Below the pieces are notes generated by a model that saw only the letters and a program-made list of their open reading frames with translations, searched no databases and was not told the origin of the DNA. The position numbers and the translations under genes were made by a program. From the NCBI GenBank assembly GCA_964106645.2, contig OZ067039.1: DNA of 64,000 nucleotides; one strand, written 5' to 3'. Each line of letters starts with the position of its first letter. Within the stretch, counting starts at the first letter, position 1. The DNA is from Podarcis pityusensis. Its lineage: Eukaryota. Below are positions 57,182 to 64,000 of this stretch, in pieces.

Positions 57182-58296
57182 TAATTCTAATATGAGCATT
57201 TTCCACCACCTTCCTGTTTGGTACTAATGTACCTAGCAAATATGGAAAACTATGGGGAAGTAATTGGATTAAATCCCAGAGCAAATTTTTGTTTTATTTT
57301 TGCTGATCGTACACAATGGAACTGCTTAGCTCCATTCTTCTCACTCTCTGCAGAAGTGATTCACAGTGATTCTCACTCTTTCTGCAGGAGCAGAGGAAAG
57401 CCCTAGGAATTTATTTGTCCTTAGTTCTTGATTTAATTAGAAACCTAATTAACAACTAATTAATGCTAATTAATAGAAACTTAATTAAAACTTGGGAAAC
57501 AGGGGTTAGCACCAAGGAGAGTTCCCCATCCCATATTTTATGTACCTGATCTATGCCCCCAATGGCCACTTATGCTACACAAATTGAGACAACACAGCAA
57601 ACATTTCATCATCCTTTGACCTCTATCCCAACTATATTGCTAGCCTGCCTGAACTGTGTTCAGGATGTTTGCTACAGGATTACAAAACTAACCAAAATCC
57701 TGTGTAAAAAATGTGCAGGAAGAATGAGGAATTATTCACTTGAGGCTATCCTGTGCTGAGCAGGGGTTCGGGCTAGGTGACATTCAACGTCCTTGCTGTC
57801 ATTTTCTATGGATGGTTTTGACTTCCAGTTGGGTATTTTTTTGTAATGTTGTGGAACCACAAGTTCAGTATTAATGTTCCACCTTATGCTGCTTTCAGAC
57901 TGCTGAAGTAGTGTTACTTTATGCTCTATTGGTTTATTCTGTTTATTAATAAATTGTTTTGGTGTTTGTCAACTGTAGCTGATAGGGAAAAGAAGAAGTG
58001 TGGGAGAAGAACCACAAGGTTTTGTGGCAAGAGGAGAGTAACTGGAAGCAGGGGTGAATTTAGCTTCTGGCAAAGTAGCCATTTGCCAGCTATAGAAGGC
58101 ACACGCACAGATATTATTTTTTTGGCAAGGTTTATAATTGTGGAAGGAAGGAAGCTTGACACATTCAATTTGGGGAGATGGAAATTAATGGAAGGACGGG
58201 ATGCTCTGCAATGAAATGTTCCTCACCTCCAGAAACATTTTATCATGCATTCAGATCCTGACTTGGGTCTCATATTTTGCCTGGTGTTAGCCTCAA

Positions 58297-58299
<3 letters not shown>

Positions 58300-58344
<45 letters not shown>
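58300..58344. repeat. (CT)n microsatellite
   Basis: Read directly from the sequence. Confidence 0.95.
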
Positions 58345-58347
<3 letters not shown>

Positions 58348-58993
58348 TTCAGAGTAAGCAGAACTAGAAAATTGGGTTCCGTTCCCCCCCAATCAAAGCT
58401 GTAAATGTCAGCATTAAAAAGAAACAATCCTATTCTGCATTCAGAAACAACAGGATTGCAATCAGAAATCTATTTTGCAGATTTCTAGAATTCCTTCTGG
58501 TATTATGAGGGTGCTCCCTTTCCCGCATTACAGCTGGGATGGCCACCTTTTAACCTGGTAAATTCACAGAAGTCAGTCTAGCCATTCAGTGGGCAAAAGT
58601 AGCTCATCATTTAAATTATGAAATACAGAATTGAAAAAACTAGGTCACTAATGGCTAGTAATATTTAAAAGGCTTACTGCTACAGCTTGCATACTTCAGC
58701 CGCCAATCGTTCTGCTTTGCACAGGAGCCAGAGCAGTTAACTGCTGTCTGCTTTCCCCCCGTTAAGTCTGCTCAATGTAAGGGGGCTCCTAGAAAGACAG
58801 GCTCAAGTTGTTATTCAGAATCAATTGGAGACATAGGTGGAATCTAGATATATAAAAAAAAGTTGTGAAAAAGCTTTTTAAAAAATGTTTTGAAAAACTA
58901 TTGAATTTGCCATAGCTCACCATTACCATCTAGTGTCACATTTGTATAACACACTTTACAACACACTTAAAAAAAAATATTTACAGCTGTATA

Positions 58994-59345
58994 AAGGTAA
59001 AGGGACCTCTGACCGTTAAGTCCAGTTGCGGATGACTCTGGGGTTGTGGCGCTCATCTCGCTTTACTGGCCGAGGGAGCCGGCGTACAGCTTCCGGGTCA
59101 TGTGGCTAGCATGACTAAGCCGCTTCTGGCGAACCAGAGCAGCGCATGGAAACGCCGTTTACCTTCCTGCCGGAGTGGTACCTATTTATCTACTTGCATT
59201 TTGACATGCTTTTGAACTGCTAGGTTGGCAGGAACAGGGACCGAGCAACGGGAGCTCACCCCGTCGTGGGGATTCGAACCACCGACCTTCTGATCAGCAA
59301 GCCCTAGGCTCAGTGGTTTAGACCACAGTGCTACCTGCATCCCTT
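58994..59345 (-). mobile_element. Full-length Sauria SINE
   Basis: tRNA-like head with B box GGTTCGAATCC, ACCTTT tail, TSD CAGCTGTATA at 58984-58993 and 59349-59358. Confidence 0.88.
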
Positions 59346-59841
59346 TTGCAGCTGTATAGCTGAGTCTTATTGTCCAGCTAGATTTTGTTTCATATGCCAC
59401 TCTGCTAGTGCTATTGTTAGGCAGAAAGAGGCTGTTGCTAGGTGCCATGAAACAACAGCAAGTTGTTTAATTTATTATTGGAGTATTTTTACTGCTAGGG
59501 AAGAAGTGAGACCTTTGTGGGATTTTCTGTCTCAGGTACCAGAATAACTTGACTGGCTCTAGGTACCATGCATGTTGATGGAGGTCGGGGAGTGCCACTG
59601 CTGCACTGCCTTAGGTGGAAAATATCCTGGGCCGGCCCTTTAAGTCACACTGAAAATGTTGTTGTTGGTATATGTCCATCTCATGAGACAATGGAGTGTC
59701 TCTTCCGAACGTAAAGTCAAACCACTGCATTAGCAGCAACGAAGTGACCTTTCCAGAGCGCAAGCCTGGGCAGTGTGTATGCAGGTCCTGGGCTGCTCAG
59801 ACGACAAGACCCCCCCCCCCTTGGCCTCGCTGATGCCAAAG

Positions 59842-60074
59842 AAGAAGAGTTTGGATTTGATATCCCACTTTATCACTACCCGAAGGAGTCTAAAAGCGGC
59901 TAACATTCTCTTTTCCCTTCCTCCCCCACAACAAACACTCTGTGAGGTGAGTGGGGCTGAGAGACTTCAGAGAAGTGTGACTAGCCCAGCAGCTGCATGT
60001 GGAGGAGCAGAGTCACGAACCCGGTTCACCAGATTACGAGTCTGCCACTCTTAACCCTACACCACAGTGGCTCT
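59842..60074 (-). mobile_element. tRNA-derived SINE (Squam3/MIR-like), second copy
   Basis: Highly similar to 10627-10874; flanked by a CAAAG direct repeat. Confidence 0.8.
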
Positions 60075-60621
60075 CAAAGGAATGCAGAGCAATAAGTTTG
60101 GCACCAACTTGGCTGCAGGAGTTGCCAGAAGGAGACTACAAGGTGCCTCAGAGCATGTGTCTATTCATTGTGGCACCCCTGGTGGGTTTTTTTTAAAAAG
60201 CACACTATCTGTATTAAGTTTCTTACCAGTGCCAGAATGTCTGTGTTTTCAAATAATTTTTGTGTGTGAATGTGCACTTAATAACATAATTAACACACTC
60301 TGTACTTCTCTGCATTCTATTCCCTTCTTACCTAACTGTTTGCAATCCCACATTCTCTCCAATCAACTCAGGGTAGCACTTTACGCATCTGATGGACTGT
60401 AGTCCATGAAACCTTATGCCATAATAAATGTGCCACAAAACTGTTGTTTTGCTGCAAAAGACCAATACAGCATCCCCTCTGAGAAGATGAGACCTTTAGG
60501 GGACACACACACACCCTGTAACTTTAGCTCTGTTTCATTTTAATATGCATCTGAGCTACATTAGGGTGTGTTGACATTAGTGCTTATTCCTCATCCAGCT
60601 GCTAGTTTTTGAAGCAGCATG

Positions 60622-60672
60622 CACAATTCATACCAGTCCACAATTCATACCAGTCCACAATTCATACCAGTC
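60622..60672. repeat. Perfect tandem repeat (CACAATTCATACCAGTC)x3
   Basis: Read directly from the sequence; 17-bp unit. Confidence 0.95.
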
Positions 60673-62390
60673 CTGCAGTCTCTGGACAAATGCTGTTGCT
60701 TGATGCTTCCTTGCCCCTCTCAAATCAGCTTCAATCTGACTAGAGAACTGGATGCAGAGTTAAGTGGTAATGTGAACAGACCCTAACAGCCACCATGCAT
60801 GTGCAGATGACAGCTTGATGAGCTGATGGGAGGCAGTCATGAGCAGGGCCATGCATCAGGTGAAGACATCCTTGGCCCCTCTCCAATGTGAACATTACTG
60901 TGCCAATGTGGATTCAACTGCAGCAGGCTGGGTGTGTGTGTTTGTGACCTTACTGCATTATAAGATACCAATGTGAGCATACGCTTAGACAAGATAGTGG
61001 CATTCAAACACCATAAATCACTGTGTATTTCCAGACGGGAAGAAACTTGTTTCTGTGCATTTATGTTTAGGAGGAGGAGAGGATATACAGTGAGTTGGTT
61101 GAGGGAGGAGAATAAATGCAAGACTAGGGTGCTCTGCCAATTAAGGAAAACACAGAATACTTTTGCCAACTTGCTATTTTTATTCTAGATTGGAATAAAG
61201 CCTTCCTACCTAATTCACACACATTTAATATAAACTATTGGAATAAACTACTTGTTTTGGCTTCTTATATTTGAAAATGTCTCTGAATTCAGGTGATGAT
61301 CCTGATCCACACCAAAGGAGACCAGCACACTTCTTTGCACCATGATGCATTTATACAGACATGTTTTCTCAGCTGGGAATCAAGAATCAGCACCTCCAGG
61401 AGTTGGACAATAGGCACTTGGTTGGATGTATTTAAATGTTACTCATGTCCTTTCAGCATTGTGAAAGACCAGCGAATCCAGGTCATGTTCTAGATCATTA
61501 AGTAATCTGCAGTTTGCACGGTGCCAAGCGTTTGCGGAATTAAACAATGTCTGTTGCCTAACTCTTGCAAAACGAAAACAACACAGTTTTATTTTGTCTA
61601 AATTAATATACTTTGGTTCAAAGTGTGGTTTTGGTTCAAAAGTCTGGCTTTGGTTCAAAACGCTAATGTCTTGTGTGTAGCCACAGTTTCCGCAGGCATA
61701 GCAATATCCCCAGATGCTTCTTGAAGGAATAACTGAGGGAAACAATCTGGAAGTAATTATTTTAGAGCTTGCAGCAACCTTCCCTACACCCATTGTCAAT
61801 TACAAACTTGACAGTATTCACTTCACTTCTCAAACTCTTCCAAACAGGAATGTGCATCTCACCAACAACCAAGTACATGCATAAGGAAATTGTTATTTTC
61901 ATACTCTGGGCTGTGGACGAGGGTCTCAGTCTTCTTGGTGGTTGTAATCTCCCCTCTCTTTCCCCTGCCTCGTCTGAAATTTCTGACAGAATCTATTAGG
62001 TTTAGTTATACGTTTTTCACTTTAACAGAATTTCATGGATTGAGCTGGGATTTTGGCAGTTGCTCTTTTGGGCCTAGATATTTTTCTATTCTTCTTGCAG
62101 TTTTAACTTACCCAACAATTTTGGGATGAACAATTCAGGGTCCAAAACCTGTTTTTCCCACCCTTAGTACTAGGCCTTACAAAACCTATTAACATGTAGA
62201 GTCACTGATGCATCAAGCGTACACATCTGCTGGAAATGAGGGTGGTATTGCAGATGCATCACTATGTTTCTTTCATGATCAGGCCTATTTCGATCAAGAC
62301 AAGTTCTTTTGGTGTGCCCTGGATGTCAGCTTTCTAGGCGGGTCCCAAAACTCCTGCTGCCTGAGTCATTTATGGCTTTTTTTGCGGCTA

Positions 62391-63293
62391 CTAGGGGTGT
62401 GAGACGAAGCGGATGCGTTGTGAGTAGGCTAAGTCCACAATGTAAAGCACCAGGTTCACACACGTGAACACTGCAATGACCACCTGGCTGTCCCAGGGGC
62501 ACTTGCCTCTGGAGCACTGGTAAGGGCGGTGTGGGGAGCCGTACTTACGGTCAAAGCAGAACACTGGCCAGATCACTGCGGCGCTCAAGTACATCAGGAC
62601 AGCCACAAAGGTATAAACAACCACAAAGCGCTCAAAGGGGCACTTCAGCATGGCTGTCTTTCCCGTGACACTGAGGGCCACTACCACCACTGTCACCACA
62701 AAGCAAAAGCTGTAGACAGCCACGCACCACTGGGTTGCCACGTACCGGTCATATTGGCTGCCGTTCACCAGAGCTCCAAATATGATGCAAGCTACGAAAG
62801 CCTGTACAATTTTCAGGAGGCCAGAAACGGTGGCCATGTAGCTGGTCACCTGTCCCGGCTTGGCCCTCGTGAGGAATACTTCCGCGGCGTAGGCGATAAA
62901 CAGAAGCCCTGCGAAAACACTGGCCGAGATGCGGAAGTCTCTTGCCTCGCACCCGTTGGAATGGCAGCCAAACTCGACGTAAAGCGGATAGATCACAGCA
63001 GCTGTGATGGACATGAGGGTGGCAAGCATGGCGAAGGCGGCGGTGAAATTCCCCCAAGAGATGCTCAGGCAGCTGTGGAGGCGCGTGAACTCGCAGGTGA
63101 CGATAAAGACGGTGACTGCGAAGCAGAAGCACCAGACAGACATGCAGAAGGTGCCATAGGCCGCACTGAACCCTCCTCGGTGGGCCACAAGGCTGAACGT
63201 GGTACATCCAAAGGCTGCCTGCAGCAGCCGGGCAGCTCCAACACGAGATGCCACGGCAGCCATGTTGAGGTGTGTCCCTCTTGAGCTCTCCAT
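62391..63293 (-). CDS. MYADML2: Myeloid-associated differentiation marker-like protein 2 (two MARVEL domains), single coding exon, 300 aa
   Basis: LQAAFGCTTFSLVAHRGGF, SWGNFTAAFAMLATL, YMATVSGLLKIVQAFVACIIFGAL, CPWDSQ and DLAYSQRIRFV match MYADML2; about 8 hydrophobic helices; syntenic next to PYCR1. Confidence 0.96.
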   Translation of the reverse strand: MESSRGTHLNMAAVASRVGAARLLQAAFGCTTFSLVAHRGGFSAAYGTFCMSVWCFCFAVTVFIVTCEFTRLHSCLSISWGNFTAAFAMLATLMSITAAVIYPLYVEFGCHSNGCEARDFRISASVFAGLLFIAYAAEVFLTRAKPGQVTSYMATVSGLLKIVQAFVACIIFGALVNGSQYDRYVATQWCVAVYSFCFVVTVVVVALSVTGKTAMLKCPFERFVVVYTFVAVLMYLSAAVIWPVFCFDRKYGSPHRPYQCSRGKCPWDSQVVIAVFTCVNLVLYIVDLAYSQRIRFVSHP

Positions 63294-63876
63294 CTCCAGA
63301 TCAGGACCCCCCAGAATGTTTCTTTTGTGTTCGGATGTCGGCTGCTTGTCCTTGAGTTTCTACCCGATGCTGAATGACTAAGCGGGAGCTGCAGGGTGAA
63401 TAAGCCCCATATCCCTCCGCCAAAAACCTTTGCTGGCTGCTATTTATGCCGCAGAGCATACATTTCTGGCAGCTTTTTGAGATAGCGTTGCCTCTGCAGT
63501 AAGAATATTGACCTGCCCTTCTGGTACGCTGCAGTTATGATCCATCAGCCCTGCTCTTCCGGGGTCTGTGTGTTGAGTAGTCTGTAGGCATCCCTGTCAC
63601 TCTCACTCCACCTCAGCTGATCAGTTTCTCCCAAGTGGCTAGCAGGACGCCTATTCCGTCTCGGTTATGCAGCTGTAGCTCTCTACTATGTTGCTGCAAG
63701 GAGCCAGAATATAAATAGGAAGGTGTATTAATAGACTTATCTGGAATGGAATGAACTGCGCGGTCTGTGCAAAATAACGAGAGGGTTTTAGTTTCACCCA
63801 GTGCTGCTTTGCATGTTACTTTTTAAGCTCTGTGTCAAAAACCAAGTGAAAGTAATTTGAATTGCCTAAGATTAGA

Positions 63877-64000
63877 GCATGGGTAGGCAAACTAAGGCCC
63901 AGGGGCCAGATCCGGCCCAATTGCCTTCTCAATCTGGCCCGCGGACGGTCTGGGAATCATTGTGTTTTTACATGAGTAGAATGTGCCCTTTTATTTTAAA
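63877..64000. mobile_element. hAT-type non-autonomous element, truncated by the window edge
   Basis: CATGGGTAGGCAAACTAAGGCCC...GATCCGGCCC...TGGCCCGCGG terminus typical of hAT MITEs. Confidence 0.55.

Noticed and set aside
61612-61662. Three TTTGGTTCAAA units downstream of MYADML2
   Set aside because: Looks like a small decayed tandem duplication with no supportable function.
62529-63284. 251-aa antisense ORF over MYADML2
   Set aside because: GTG start, fully nested opposite a hydrophobic GC3-rich CDS; a typical shadow ORF with no recognisable motifs.

Overview
Vertebrate genomic DNA, most likely from a squamate (lacertid-like lizard), judging by Sauria-type and other tRNA-derived SINEs. The window carries the gene block that is syntenic with human 17q25.3, with every gene on the minus strand: PCYT2 (first coding exon only, 1046-1128; the rest lies off the left edge), SIRT7 (10 coding exons, 12052 to 2688, 402 aa), MAFG (2 coding exons, 21613 to 21040, 162 aa, with a non-coding first exon in the 28 kb CpG island and probably a long 3'UTR), PYCR1 (7 coding exons, 48028 to 41959, 313 aa) and MYADML2 (single coding exon, 63293 to 62391, 300 aa). 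I derived the exon boundaries by hand from GT-AG signals and reading-frame continuity. Introns and intergenic DNA contain Tc1/mariner-pogo and hAT-type MITEs, SINEs, CR1 and L2 fragments, LTR-like remnants and microsatellites. I see no new protein-coding system. The most interesting signals are cis-regulatory or structural: four MARE/ARE sites inside MAFG that suggest autoregulation, with a candidate ARE-driven alternative first exon; an ATF4-type element and an E-box at the PYCR1 promoter; an RFX/NF-Y module in PCYT2 intron 1; a fold-back MITE hairpin and miRNA sites in the putative MAFG 3'UTR; a 90-bp palindrome with perfect arms around a (TA)n tract; and a possible unannotated spliced plus-strand transcript between MAFG and PYCR1.
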